A DNA stretch of 64,000 nucleotides from IMG/VR virus record IMGVR_UViG_3300036770_006954, positions 96,001 to 160,000 of that record, one strand, 5' to 3'. Shown here piece after piece: positions 1 through 10,664 of this stretch. Each line of letters begins with the position of its first letter. The first letter of the stretch is position 1. The notes under the pieces were generated by a model that worked only from the letters and a program-made list of their open reading frames with translations, did no database searches and was not told the DNA's origin. The stretch is from a virus. The position numbers were made by a program, and so were the translations under genes.

Positions 1-108
1 ATCAATCGATTCAAATCAGTCAACTCAATCTTATGTCATGAGTTTAGTCAGAAAGATGTGGTTAGAAATCCATTGATAACAAAAATCTTAGAAAAGTACG
101 ACGAATGA
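1..108 (+). CDS. phoH: PhoH-family ATPase, C-terminal fragment
   Basis: Frame 1 reads ...HEFSQKDVVRNPLITKILEKYDE*, matching the PhoH C-terminal DVVRHPLV motif. Confidence 0.7.
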   Translation: MNRFKSVNSILCHEFSQKDVVRNPLITKILEKYDE

Positions 109-704
109 GAATTGCAATAGAAATTAATGGTGTTTTAAGAGATACTGTAAAGAAAATCGAACAAGTTTATGAAAAGTTTTATGTTGAGAATATTCTCAAT
201 GAAAAAAGAGATTTTAAATACGAGATTCTTTCACCAATAACTTCATTGAGATTGCAAGACCATCTAAAGTTTAAAGACGATGATGAACTTTATGATTTTC
301 TTTATACAGAACACTGTATGGAAATTTTTGGACATGCACCGTCAACTGAATATAGTAGCTTTATAGATTTAAATGATTTTTATGTAGATATGAGAGACAA
401 TCACGATATCCTACTTATTTCGGATGAAATCGGTAAATCAAAACCGGCTACATTATTTTTCCTTTCAAAGTTCGGTTGTCAGATAGAAAAAATTGTTTTT
501 TATAATCAGTTTACATTGCAAACAGTTTGGAATGAATTTGACCTTTTACTTACAGCAAATCCCGACTTATTATTAAATCATCCTACAGATAAAAAAATTA
601 TTAAGTATAATACAAGTTATAACGATAATATAACGGACTTTACGAATATTGATAACATTAAACAACTTAAAAATTTAATAGAAAATGATACCAATTTGGA
701 ATGA
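105..704 (+). CDS. HAD-fold 5'(3')-deoxyribonucleotidase-like protein, degenerate motif I
   Basis: N-terminal RIAIEINGVLRD resembles IxxDxDGVLxD but has E/N in place of D/D. Confidence 0.5.
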   Translation: MRIAIEINGVLRDTVKKIEQVYEKFYVENILNEKRDFKYEILSPITSLRLQDHLKFKDDDELYDFLYTEHCMEIFGHAPSTEYSSFIDLNDFYVDMRDNHDILLISDEIGKSKPATLFFLSKFGCQIEKIVFYNQFTLQTVWNEFDLLLTANPDLLLNHPTDKKIIKYNTSYNDNITDFTNIDNIKQLKNLIENDTNLE

Positions 705-963
705 AAATTACTACATCGATTTGGAAAGAATTGAAGAATTTATTGAACTAACTAATGTTATCAATGACGAACTTAGTGGAAGTACCAACGAACATAAAAT
801 CAATGTTGTCAAATTCGAAATGGTAAAGATGATGTTAGAAGTTATTATGTCCGAACAAGTCGATGGTGATGAAAAACTCGGAATAATGAATTCAGAGTTA
901 TCTGTACCTTTTAGATTAGCATTTAATTCATTATTAAATAAAAAAATTATTAACAAATATTAA
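685..963 (+). CDS. hypothetical protein
   Basis: 92 aa ORF tightly packed in the operon. Confidence 0.6.
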   Translation: MIPIWNENYYIDLERIEEFIELTNVINDELSGSTNEHKINVVKFEMVKMMLEVIMSEQVDGDEKLGIMNSELSVPFRLAFNSLLNKKIINKY

Positions 964-964
964 A

Positions 965-2020
965 ATGGACCAACCTCAAATAGACAAAGTCAAACTTTCA
1001 ATTAGTAATCTTAGAGAAAAAAAATCAAAACTATATTTTTTCATCCACGATACTAAAGGTAACGCCAAAGCCTCAATCAAATACATTTATGATTTGGCAC
1101 TCACACTAAAACGAAGTGGATTTAATTCGATTATCCTACATGAAAAATCTGATTACACAGGAGTTGCATCATGGTTAGGAGAAGAGTATATGACTGAAAT
1201 TCCACATCAAGTTATCGATGGTCAGAATGTAGAAATTGCACCTGAAGACTTCTTGATTGTTCCCGAAATTTTTGGGTTTATGATGGACCAAGTTAAAAAC
1301 TTACCTTGTGGTAAAATTGTCTTAACACAGTCTTACGCATATATGTTGGAGACTCTTCAACCTGGTCAGACTTGGAATCAATATGGTTTCTTTAAAACCA
1401 TTACTACTTCAGAGGCACAAAAGGATTATATCAGCAAGGTGATGAGAGGTCAATCATACGATATTATCGAACCTTTCATTTCTGACGACTTTAAAAAAAG
1501 AAATTTACCACCACTTCCTATCATTGGTGTTCATTCCAGAGAACAAGAAGACACAATTAACCTTATCAAAACATTTTACCTAAGATTTCCTCAATACAGA
1601 TGGTTTACCTTCCGTGATTTAAGAGGTCTTTCTCAAGAAGAATTTGCCAACGCAATTTCAGAGTGTTTTGTATCGGTTTGGATTGACAGACAAAGTGGTT
1701 ACGGTACTTTCCCATTAGAGTCAATGAAAGTTGGTGTTCCTGTAATTGGAATTACACCTAATTTGGTCCCTGAATGGATGAATGAAAACAACGGAATTTG
1801 GATTAAAGATGAAATTCTTCTTCCAGACATTATCGCAGATTGGACTCAAAATTGGTTAGAGGATAATATCTCAGAAGAAATGTACTCAAACATTCAAGAA
1901 ACTGTTAACAAACTTCCAACAAAAGAACAATTTGAAAATAAAACCATAGAATTATTCACAGAATATCTTGAATTAAGAGCACAATCTATGGAAGAACAAA
2001 TCTCAAAATTTAGCGAATAA
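965..2020 (+). CDS. GT-B (GT4-like) glycosyltransferase
   Basis: SGYGTFPLESMKVGVPVIG resembles EGFGLPPLEAMACGxPVI. Confidence 0.7.
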   Translation: MDQPQIDKVKLSISNLREKKSKLYFFIHDTKGNAKASIKYIYDLALTLKRSGFNSIILHEKSDYTGVASWLGEEYMTEIPHQVIDGQNVEIAPEDFLIVPEIFGFMMDQVKNLPCGKIVLTQSYAYMLETLQPGQTWNQYGFFKTITTSEAQKDYISKVMRGQSYDIIEPFISDDFKKRNLPPLPIIGVHSREQEDTINLIKTFYLRFPQYRWFTFRDLRGLSQEEFANAISECFVSVWIDRQSGYGTFPLESMKVGVPVIGITPNLVPEWMNENNGIWIKDEILLPDIIADWTQNWLEDNISEEMYSNIQETVNKLPTKEQFENKTIELFTEYLELRAQSMEEQISKFSE

Positions 2021-2022
2021 TT

Positions 2023-2829
2023 ATGAACACTCCTTTAGACATTACAATTGTATTACCAATTAAATCTGCGGTATCCCGTGATTTCGAAGATTACTTCGAA
2101 AAGGCTATCACATCAATCAAAAACCAAAAGGTATCTGTAAAAGAACTTTTGATTGTAGCAACTACTGAAGAAAAGTTAAACAATCATATTGATGGATTCG
2201 ATTTTGGGGATATCAATATGAGAAAAATTGTTTGGGACAAAGAAGCTAACTTTGCATCTCAAATTAATTTCGGTATTGAAAACGCAACCACAAAATGGGT
2301 TTCATTTTTCGAGTTTGATGATGAATATTCAACAATTTGGTTCGACAATGTTCGTAAGTACATGGAATATTATCCAATGGTACAAGCGTTCCTTCCAGTG
2401 GTTGTTGATACGGATGAAAAAGGTACATTTGCTGGTTTTACAAATGAAGCGGTATTCGCAGCAAACTTTGCACAAGAAGTTGGTTTCCTTACTAATGATA
2501 TTCTTCAAGACTATCAGAATTTCCAAACCTCTGGTATGGTAATTCGTAAAGATGTTACAGAAGACTTTGGAGGTTTCAAATCGTCAATCAAATTGACTTT
2601 TGTGTATGAATTTTTGTTAAGACTTACATACAACTCAGCATCAATTATGACAATCCCAAAACTTGGTTATAAGCACACCAACATGAGAGAAGGTTCTCTT
2701 TTTTGGAACTACAAGTTTGGTCAAGAAAAAATGTTGGATGAAGAAGTAAAGTTTTGGGTTCAGTCCGCAAAAAAGGAATATTTCTTTAAAGAAGATAGAA
2801 CAATAAATTTCCAAGCAACTAATGATTAA
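2023..2829 (+). CDS. GT2-family glycosyltransferase
   Basis: ITIVLP start, NFGIENATTKWVSFFEFDD (DxD-like region). Confidence 0.75.
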   Translation: MNTPLDITIVLPIKSAVSRDFEDYFEKAITSIKNQKVSVKELLIVATTEEKLNNHIDGFDFGDINMRKIVWDKEANFASQINFGIENATTKWVSFFEFDDEYSTIWFDNVRKYMEYYPMVQAFLPVVVDTDEKGTFAGFTNEAVFAANFAQEVGFLTNDILQDYQNFQTSGMVIRKDVTEDFGGFKSSIKLTFVYEFLLRLTYNSASIMTIPKLGYKHTNMREGSLFWNYKFGQEKMLDEEVKFWVQSAKKEYFFKEDRTINFQATND

Positions 2830-3575
2830 TGTTAGAAACATTAACGGCAAATACCGAAGATGTTTCATCAAAAAAGAGGGGTAGAAAGGCAACTACCACC
2901 AATTATTTTGATGTCCGAGAGGAGGAGGCTGTAAAGGCCTTCCTCTTGGCAGAAACTTATGAGGAAAGAAATAAGATTTATAATGAATTCTTGAGAGACC
3001 CTTTGGATAAGATGATTTCATCGATTATTCGAAGGTATAAATTATATCGTAAGGATATGGATTTCAGGGAAATCCATGTAGATACTCATTCATTTTTAAT
3101 AACGAAGGTTGATAAGTTTCAACCCGCAAAAAATAAAAAGGCGTATTCCTATTTCGGTACAATTTGTAAAAATTATTTGATGGGTCAAATCATCAAAGAC
3201 CAAAAAGATATGAATAGAAAAGTCTCATATGAAGACATCTCACTTTCATTGGAACAAAGACCTGATATGATTTATACTATTGATTCGGACCAACTTGATA
3301 TGGAGGTCGTAATCAAAAAATATTTGAGTGATTTGAAAGAATTCATTAATTCTGAATCTTTATCTGACAACGAAGTTAAATTGGGATATGCCTTAATAGA
3401 CCTATTCGAAAACTACGAAAGTATTTTTTCAAGTACGGACAATAACAAATTCAATAAAAACATCATTCTTTTATCTCTTAGAGAGATGACAAATCTATCA
3501 ACAAAAGAGATAAGAAATTCGATGAAAAAGTTCAAAAAATTGTATACAGTCCTACAAACTAAGATGAAATATTAA
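2829..3575 (+). CDS. phage late sigma factor, gp55-like
   Basis: NYFD near the N-terminus and KFQPAKNKKAYSYFGTICKNYL, a sigma region-2-like motif seen in T4-like gp55. Confidence 0.65.
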   Translation: MLETLTANTEDVSSKKRGRKATTTNYFDVREEEAVKAFLLAETYEERNKIYNEFLRDPLDKMISSIIRRYKLYRKDMDFREIHVDTHSFLITKVDKFQPAKNKKAYSYFGTICKNYLMGQIIKDQKDMNRKVSYEDISLSLEQRPDMIYTIDSDQLDMEVVIKKYLSDLKEFINSESLSDNEVKLGYALIDLFENYESIFSSTDNNKFNKNIILLSLREMTNLSTKEIRNSMKKFKKLYTVLQTKMKY

Positions 3576-3621
3576 CTTTTCGTTTTTTTGTGTGATATTA
3601 TACTTAATACTATTTATAAGT

Positions 3622-3987
3622 ATGCCAAGACCGCAACGAAAAGAAATTAAATTTTCCAAGGACTCAATTTTGTCTTTGATGCAAGAAATCTACAATGAAC
3701 TTGTAGAACAAAGAAACACTGCCATTAGGATTCAAAATAAAATGATATCTATGATGAAGGATGCCGAGGATATGAAAGAAATCGGTCCTGTGTTAGAAAA
3801 ACAACAAAAAATTATTAATGATTGTGTTGAGAAAAAAATTAGTTTATCTCGACTACAAAGTTCGATTTGGGAAAAAACTACCAATCAAGAGGAATCGTTT
3901 ACACTTTCAGATATGGATGATGATTTGTTTGAAAAACTTTTGGAAAAAGATTCTGATGTTTCGGACGAACCAACATATCGAATGTAA
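3622..3987 (+). CDS. hypothetical coiled-coil late protein
   Basis: ATG at 3622 just after the TATTTAT motif. Confidence 0.6.
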   Translation: MPRPQRKEIKFSKDSILSLMQEIYNELVEQRNTAIRIQNKMISMMKDAEDMKEIGPVLEKQQKIINDCVEKKISLSRLQSSIWEKTTNQEESFTLSDMDDDLFEKLLEKDSDVSDEPTYRM

Positions 3988-3992
3988 TATCT

Positions 3993-6149
3993 ATGCCAAT
4001 ATTTAATAATCAATCTATAGACATCTCAAGTGGGTTCGAAAGTATCTCATCAAGAATTTCTGCTCTACAAGCATACAATGAAGCACGACAAGGTCAGATT
4101 GAAAGTGATAAAACTCGTGGTGACAGTTTAGCCCGTTCACTAGAAATATTAGCGGGACAAAAGTCATCTGTTGAAGCAAATCAGTCAAGAAACAAAAGAA
4201 ATCAAGAATCAAGTTTTGATAAACTAATTTCATTAATCAATCAAAGCACTTCGGGTTCGACGTTTTCAAGCACCAATAGTCTCATTAGACAAGAACTTTT
4301 GGGATTAGTCTTTAAAATGAAGGATGAAATAAGAAAGATTATTTCAGAAGAAGCTTTCAGAGTTTTGAACTGTGCTCAACAACAAACCTATCAGGGCTAC
4401 CCAACATCACAACTCCAAAATATATCGTCATTTTCACTTCTCCCTCAACAGGATGGAATTTATGTTAAGGTTAGTGAGGTTGATTTCAACAGCTCTTTAA
4501 AAATAAAACCACAAACTCAAATAGGAAAGTTATACTATGAAACCACAGGTATAACTTCTCTATCGGTGTACAACAACTATGCGGGGAGACAACCATTCCC
4601 AATGAATTTTGAGTTAAATGAAAGAATTCAACAACAAAATTCAACCTTCCGCGATGAGTTTTCAGTACCATATAATGGAAGAAGTAGACAAGGAATTTTT
4701 GATATTGAGTACACCACACAAAACGGGGTGGGAGCATCTGGCGATTATTTCCGTGTATTTCTCTTAGATAGGGAACCTAGTCCACCACCAACTACGGGTG
4801 GCACTATAAGTCAATTGATATCATCAGCAAATACTGTTGTTGATGCTTTGGGGGATTACTATCAATCAATAGAAATCTATAACTCAAAAGTTTTTTTGGG
4901 TAACCTTTTGAATTTAGTATCAGGTACTCTTTCACAGTCATTATCAATTCAACAAATTGAAAATCAAAACAGATTTGTTACAATTCTTAATCGAATTATT
5001 GGGAGATGTGAACCTGGTCAAAGTGAAATAGATGTGTCGGGTGTTGCCAAACTTTCTGAATTAGATATTGATGATGATGAATTTTTTACATTTACAGAAG
5101 TCGAGTTAAATGACATCAACACCGCCTCAGTCAATCAAAAACAAGGAGTAATTGAATTCATAGATTGTGATACAGTTAAACTTCCTGTAAATAATAGTGT
5201 TTTATTACAAGAAGCACAAAATCTTGCAGATAATATAGACAATCTTTCAGTTGAACAACAAGTTGCCGAAATTGATAGAATATTGGACTCAATCACACAG
5301 GAATTCAATCAAACGGGATTCGGGGGGGTATCATTTGATGTCACAAACCCATTCAATCAAAGTTTGTTCAAAAAAATAATATTAGCACTTTTATCCTCAC
5401 TTTTTACCCCGAAAGTGTTGTTACCAATTTTTATATTCAAAGAATATCTTAATAACCAAGTTGTTGGTTTTGCTAATACCCTTATCACCTCAGCGAATAC
5501 AATAATCACTTCAGCAAATACCCTAATTAATTCGGCAAATACAATCAATAATTTAATTGCATCACAAGTTAATAATGGTGTAGATTTTGTCCGACAATAC
5601 AAAAAATTTGTTTTCAATGTTGTCGGTAGGATTATGAATAGATTTTTGGAGCTTCTTTTCAATATGTTAAAGAAAAATCTTTTAAGACTTCTTAGAGAAA
5701 TTTTGAGAGATATTGCTCGTACAAGTAAAGATGCAAGACTTAAAGCAATTAATGCGATATTGGACTATGCCCAACCTTTGATACAAGGGTTTCTCAATTA
5801 CAGAGAATGTAAGTCTTTGATTCAACAGATTCAAAGGCTTCTCTCACTTCTTAGAGGAACACCACGAACTCCACCATCAGGTATTGGATTGTCCCTTTTG
5901 GCGTTATCAGATTTTTTACCAGGTATAAGTCCTGAAAGAGGTGTCTTAAACACCATCGAATACATGGAGGCTTATGGTTTGAAAGTGGGACCATTACCTG
6001 ATGGTTCACCAAACAGAATAATAAGATTTACAACGGCAATACAAAAGGGGGGATATGACGAATTTATTCAAAATGGTAAAGTAAGTGGGGGTGCGTTTGT
6101 ACCACCACTAACGGGAGGGATAGTTAAAATATTTGCTAAAGGATTTTGA
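3993..6149 (+). CDS. large putative virion/baseplate-region protein
   Basis: 718 aa ORF in late operon upstream of the gp5-like gene; short ANT(L/I)I(T/N)S heptad repeat. Confidence 0.5.
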   Translation: MPIFNNQSIDISSGFESISSRISALQAYNEARQGQIESDKTRGDSLARSLEILAGQKSSVEANQSRNKRNQESSFDKLISLINQSTSGSTFSSTNSLIRQELLGLVFKMKDEIRKIISEEAFRVLNCAQQQTYQGYPTSQLQNISSFSLLPQQDGIYVKVSEVDFNSSLKIKPQTQIGKLYYETTGITSLSVYNNYAGRQPFPMNFELNERIQQQNSTFRDEFSVPYNGRSRQGIFDIEYTTQNGVGASGDYFRVFLLDREPSPPPTTGGTISQLISSANTVVDALGDYYQSIEIYNSKVFLGNLLNLVSGTLSQSLSIQQIENQNRFVTILNRIIGRCEPGQSEIDVSGVAKLSELDIDDDEFFTFTEVELNDINTASVNQKQGVIEFIDCDTVKLPVNNSVLLQEAQNLADNIDNLSVEQQVAEIDRILDSITQEFNQTGFGGVSFDVTNPFNQSLFKKIILALLSSLFTPKVLLPIFIFKEYLNNQVVGFANTLITSANTIITSANTLINSANTINNLIASQVNNGVDFVRQYKKFVFNVVGRIMNRFLELLFNMLKKNLLRLLREILRDIARTSKDARLKAINAILDYAQPLIQGFLNYRECKSLIQQIQRLLSLLRGTPRTPPSGIGLSLLALSDFLPGISPERGVLNTIEYMEAYGLKVGPLPDGSPNRIIRFTTAIQKGGYDEFIQNGKVSGGAFVPPLTGGIVKIFAKGF

Positions 6150-6150
6150 T

Positions 6151-6360
6151 ATGACACAAGAAGAATTTAAAATTTTAGTAGAGGTTGCAAAAGACTCAAA
6201 AAATGTTCCCAACTCAAAATTGGAACAATCAATGGACCAATTAGCCAACGAATTTGAAGTAACAAAAAACAATATTCTAGGTTTAAGTTTTTACTTAGAC
6301 AAGATTGAAGAATTGTATAACACATTGTTAAAGGAATACCAACAAAGAAATGGCGAGTAG
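6151..6360 (+). CDS. hypothetical protein
   Basis: Short coiled-coil ORF coupled to its neighbours. Confidence 0.55.
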   Translation: MTQEEFKILVEVAKDSKNVPNSKLEQSMDQLANEFEVTKNNILGLSFYLDKIEELYNTLLKEYQQRNGE

Positions 6361-7849
6361 AATTTGGTTTTATGCCGTTGTTATCGATAATCAAGACCCT
6401 CTAAACTTGGGTCGTATTAGGGCAAATTTGCTCACAGATGACAATACTGCGATAGGAAAAAGTTATGAAGGATTCGGTCCGAAAGATTATTGGACTGCAA
6501 AAGACCCCTTTGTTTTCAATTCTCTTTTACCACTTTATGTATGGACTGTACCTAAAGTAGACGAACTTATTCAAGTTTACTACCACGAGCCGGAGACCTC
6601 TCAGTTTTTAAATGCGTACTACATTCAAGGACCTTTTAATAGAATCCAAAATATTGTACAAGAAAACTTCAACGAATCCCAAAAATATACAGATATTACT
6701 GGGGTACAAATTATTGGGGCAGAAAATTTAAGAAATCCTGATGGAACTTACAAAAATCCTGACCCTGATGGTGTTTTTCCTGACCCAGGTGATGTTGCGG
6801 TATTAGGTAGGGGTAGTACTGATATCATTTTTAAAGAACACACTACCCTTATTAGAGCTGGAAAATATTCAGGTGAACTCGTAGCTAATAGAGACCCCAA
6901 AGGAAATAAGAACAGGGCGTTTATTCAACTTAGTAAATTCCAAAACAAAACAACAATTGGTGATACTGTAAGACAAGCCGACATAGGGATACAAAACCTT
7001 CAGGTAAATTTCCTTATAGAATACGATATTAATAATCCTGAAAATTCATTTAACCTATTCAACGGTACTGTACGACTATACAAACTCTTACCTAACACTG
7101 CAACAACCTCACAAAATCTTAAAGTAGATTCCGATATAGAACAGTATAAGTTTATCAAAGCATCTCAGAGTTTCAGTTTCTTGAGTTTGGACAATTCTAT
7201 TGCTTTCATTAATCAATTTATTAGTGATTGTAATAGTAAACTTAAAACTCAAACAGGAGTTGTGTTATTCAACGTGTTGGATGAGAAATTTCCGATGTAT
7301 TTCAGACCATCAAATAATTTCTATAACCAAATGAAAACCACATCTCAAAATGTGGTTAAACAAAATCTGACAACGGTATTTTCGAAAGTTAAACTTATAC
7401 CTACCGATAAAATTGGGGGTTATGGACTTATATTCCAACAAGGAAGAGTTGGTGACCCAATTAAAATCACTCCTAAGAGTTTCAGAAAAATCGAGACAAA
7501 CGCACTACCTGAAACCTATAATGCATTTGGGGCACAACACGTCTATCTTCTCTCACAACTTTCTCAAATACCTGGTAAAAGTAAAATCAATTTTGATAAT
7601 AGTCTATATGGAATTGACGAACAAAAGTTTTCGTTAGAAATTGAACCAAATACCTCAAGTATGGTAAGGGGTGAAGAATTACTTCAACTCCTCAATGTAA
7701 TTGTTAGGTTTTTAGTTTCTCACACCCACGGATTCCCAGGAGAACCCCCCATTTCAGTAACAGAGGATGGTTCTAGTGTTGATAATCTCATCAAAGAACT
7801 CAATGACGCATATAATAAAGTTTTGAATCAATATATTCGTTTGAATTGA
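6350..7849 (+). CDS. baseplate hub/spike protein, gp5/VgrG-like
   Basis: N-terminal OB-fold motif VVIDNQDPLNLGRIRA...VPKVDE and C-terminal HTH(G) metal-binding spike motif. Confidence 0.7.
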   Translation: MASRIWFYAVVIDNQDPLNLGRIRANLLTDDNTAIGKSYEGFGPKDYWTAKDPFVFNSLLPLYVWTVPKVDELIQVYYHEPETSQFLNAYYIQGPFNRIQNIVQENFNESQKYTDITGVQIIGAENLRNPDGTYKNPDPDGVFPDPGDVAVLGRGSTDIIFKEHTTLIRAGKYSGELVANRDPKGNKNRAFIQLSKFQNKTTIGDTVRQADIGIQNLQVNFLIEYDINNPENSFNLFNGTVRLYKLLPNTATTSQNLKVDSDIEQYKFIKASQSFSFLSLDNSIAFINQFISDCNSKLKTQTGVVLFNVLDEKFPMYFRPSNNFYNQMKTTSQNVVKQNLTTVFSKVKLIPTDKIGGYGLIFQQGRVGDPIKITPKSFRKIETNALPETYNAFGAQHVYLLSQLSQIPGKSKINFDNSLYGIDEQKFSLEIEPNTSSMVRGEELLQLLNVIVRFLVSHTHGFPGEPPISVTEDGSSVDNLIKELNDAYNKVLNQYIRLN

Positions 7850-7870
7850 TATTTATAAAGAAAAAGTATA

Positions 7871-9385
7871 ATGTCAATTTATCGGTCGTATTTTAATAGA
7901 AACAATACTTTATTATCAAACCTTTACACCAACACCGCGAGAAATCCCGTGGTACAACTCAATTTTGGTAGTAGTGACCTTGTAGTCCCCAATTTTGGAT
8001 TCACCCGTTTTATATTTGATTTGGACTTAGAGGGTCTTGAAGAAATGATTGCCGATAAAGTTATTTCCACAGGTTGTACCACAGGAATGACACATACCCT
8101 TATGATGACAAATACATCATCGTTCGACGATGAACTCCTTAACACTAATATGAGTGACGGGAGAAAAAGAGCCACATCATTTGATTTAATACTTTTTAGG
8201 ATACCGAAATTTTCAGGGGACACAGGTTCACCACAAATATGGGACGAAGGTGTTGGGTACGATTATAATAATTTTGGAACTACCCAAAATGGACTTGCGG
8301 GAATGCAATCATCATTAGAACAACTAAACAATAAAAGTTTTTCTTTAAGACCATCTAACTGGTACCAAACAACCACCGTAACAAATTGGTCCGAACCAGG
8401 AATCTATAATAATAAAAACTCCCTAACAAGTCTTACAGGACTTAACTACTCATCAATTACAATAGTTGACGAACAAAGATTCGAATTGGGTAACGAAGAT
8501 ATCCAATTTGATATGACCGATGAGATAAACGGAATTTTAGACGGTTCAATCACAGGAGTAACAGGATGGGGTATTGCCTACAAACCCGATATTGAAAACA
8601 TTACAGGTTTAACAGAATCATACTCTGTTGGATTCTTCGGAAAATACACACAAACATTTTATCAACCATACCTTCTCACCAATTACGATGACTTGGTTAA
8701 AGACGACAGAAACCTTTTCCTAAAAAACCAAACAAACAAACTATACTTATATGTCTACCAAAATGGTGACTTTGCCAATTTAGACAATTTACCTGGTGTA
8801 AATATAGAAAACCAAAACGGGGACATTGTACAGGGGGGTAGTGGACTTACTACTTGTCAGGTAACAAAGGGTGTATATGAGGTAACCGTTCCGAATATAT
8901 TTGTGAATCAACCAACCCCGTGTCTATTTTACGATGTTTGGACAGGTCTTACAATCAATGGACAATCGTTACCTAATGTGACAAATCAGTTTGTTCTTCA
9001 AGCCTACAGTGCGGGAATTCAAATAGGTAGTAACTCACAAGAACCAAGTAAATATGGATTCAGTTTCTACGGTATTTTACAAAATGAAAAAATTCTCAAC
9101 ACCGAAATTCGAAAGATTGGGGTCGTGGCTAAGAAACAATGGACTTCTCAACATCAACTGGAGAACATTGACATCTACTATAGAGTTTATGTTAGAGAGG
9201 GGACAACTGAGGTTCAAGTACAGAATTGGACTCCTGTAAACCGTACTCCAAACGAATATTATTTCATATTTGATATGAGAGATAAGATACCGAATGAATA
9301 TTTTGTTGACATCCGTGTTAACACTAGTGGTGAAAAAGATATTTATAAGGACACGATTCAATTCCAAATTGTTAACAAGAAATGA
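7871..9385 (+). CDS. putative virion structural protein
   Basis: 504 aa, beta-rich, WDEGVGYDY motif, TATTTAT upstream. Confidence 0.5.
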   Translation: MSIYRSYFNRNNTLLSNLYTNTARNPVVQLNFGSSDLVVPNFGFTRFIFDLDLEGLEEMIADKVISTGCTTGMTHTLMMTNTSSFDDELLNTNMSDGRKRATSFDLILFRIPKFSGDTGSPQIWDEGVGYDYNNFGTTQNGLAGMQSSLEQLNNKSFSLRPSNWYQTTTVTNWSEPGIYNNKNSLTSLTGLNYSSITIVDEQRFELGNEDIQFDMTDEINGILDGSITGVTGWGIAYKPDIENITGLTESYSVGFFGKYTQTFYQPYLLTNYDDLVKDDRNLFLKNQTNKLYLYVYQNGDFANLDNLPGVNIENQNGDIVQGGSGLTTCQVTKGVYEVTVPNIFVNQPTPCLFYDVWTGLTINGQSLPNVTNQFVLQAYSAGIQIGSNSQEPSKYGFSFYGILQNEKILNTEIRKIGVVAKKQWTSQHQLENIDIYYRVYVREGTTEVQVQNWTPVNRTPNEYYFIFDMRDKIPNEYFVDIRVNTSGEKDIYKDTIQFQIVNKK

Positions 9386-9864
9386 AAAAAATTATCAGAC
9401 TAACCGAAACAGATATTAAAAACTTGGTTCTAAGAGCTTTAAAAGAAGCGGAACATGAACATAACCGTTACATGTTTTTCAGCAACTTAGAGCAACTAAA
9501 AAGACAAGCTGAGAGGTTATTAGAACTTGATTCGGATGTAATACACTCAATTTTGGAGAATGGTCACGATTGGGCAGATGACCATATTACCGTTGCAAAA
9601 GAAAACCTTGACCAAGTGTTTGATTTCTTAATGGGTGAAACTCAAGGGATGGATGATGATGAAATGATAATGGTGGATGATGTCACTGTCTTGGAAGGTA
9701 AAAAAAAGACAGGAACAAAATTATGTGCTAGGGGTAAAGCGGCGGCTAAGGCTAAATATGATGTATACCCCTCTGCATATGCCAATGGTTACGCGGTACA
9801 AGTTTGTAAAGGAAAAAAACCAGGTCTTGACGGAAAAAAAAGATGTTCGGGGACCTATTGTTAA
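9382..9864 (+). CDS. putative internal head protein with MKKIIRLTE leader and Cys-containing basic C-domain
   Basis: Leader shared with 29705 and 30638; LCARGKAAAKAKYDVYPSAYANG. Confidence 0.5.
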   Translation: MKKIIRLTETDIKNLVLRALKEAEHEHNRYMFFSNLEQLKRQAERLLELDSDVIHSILENGHDWADDHITVAKENLDQVFDFLMGETQGMDDDEMIMVDDVTVLEGKKKTGTKLCARGKAAAKAKYDVYPSAYANGYAVQVCKGKKPGLDGKKRCSGTYC

Positions 9865-9900
9865 TTTGAAAAGTTTGATTTACCTTTGTCGTCAAAGATA

Positions 9901-10308
9901 ATGGTAATGAAAAATCTAAACCACACATTTCGTCGTTTCATTCAAAAACTGGCTTTGAAATTATTTCGGTATTTAAACACCGAACAGGAAAGGTCAATTT
10001 ATGAACGGGACTGCATTGCAGTTTGTAAAAAATTTATTTACGAACCTGATTCAATAATGTTACTAACTCCGATTACAAGTAAAAGATACATTAGAAGTGA
10101 AAACAGTCAAATTTTTATTATTTTAGAATCCCATCGTGTAAAAATTATTAACCATGTGTATGCATATGATGTACTGATGAATGACAGGTCATGGAATCAA
10201 TTAATCAAATTGTTTGACAATGAAGTTGAAAAACGGAGGGAGGATTTTGAAAAACAAATCACAAAAAATATCAAAACTTCACTACAAAAAATTATTTCAG
10301 AAAAATGA
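9901..10308 (+). CDS. hypothetical protein
   Basis: ORF preceded by TACCTTTG (9881-9888). Confidence 0.55.
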   Translation: MVMKNLNHTFRRFIQKLALKLFRYLNTEQERSIYERDCIAVCKKFIYEPDSIMLLTPITSKRYIRSENSQIFIILESHRVKIINHVYAYDVLMNDRSWNQLIKLFDNEVEKRREDFEKQITKNIKTSLQKIISEK

Positions 10309-10664
10309 AACACCCATTCTATACTCTCTACTATACAGGACTTGCCGTCTTGATTTCCCTGTTACTTTTTGGTGGATTATTTATTTCCAATCTCTCAAAT
10401 ATTGTTGACCTTATACCAAAAGAGAATAAACCTAAGGTTCAATCAAATGTGGTAATAAATCCTATGGTGTTAGAAACAACAACACCTAAATCATTTGTTG
10501 AGTTGAATAGTCCCAAAGTAGAAAAAAAAAGGAAAACTGAAACTGAAAAACCAAAATTAGACACTGAGGATACTAATAGTATTCACAATAACATGAATAA
10601 TGAAACACCTAATACTGTAAACAACTTAGATACTACGCAAAAGAGAGGAGATACTACCCTATAG
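10305..10664 (+). CDS. membrane-anchored hypothetical protein
   Basis: N-terminal hydrophobic helix with a low-complexity tail. Confidence 0.55.
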   Translation: MKHPFYTLYYTGLAVLISLLLFGGLFISNLSNIVDLIPKENKPKVQSNVVINPMVLETTTPKSFVELNSPKVEKKRKTETEKPKLDTEDTNSIHNNMNNETPNTVNNLDTTQKRGDTTL

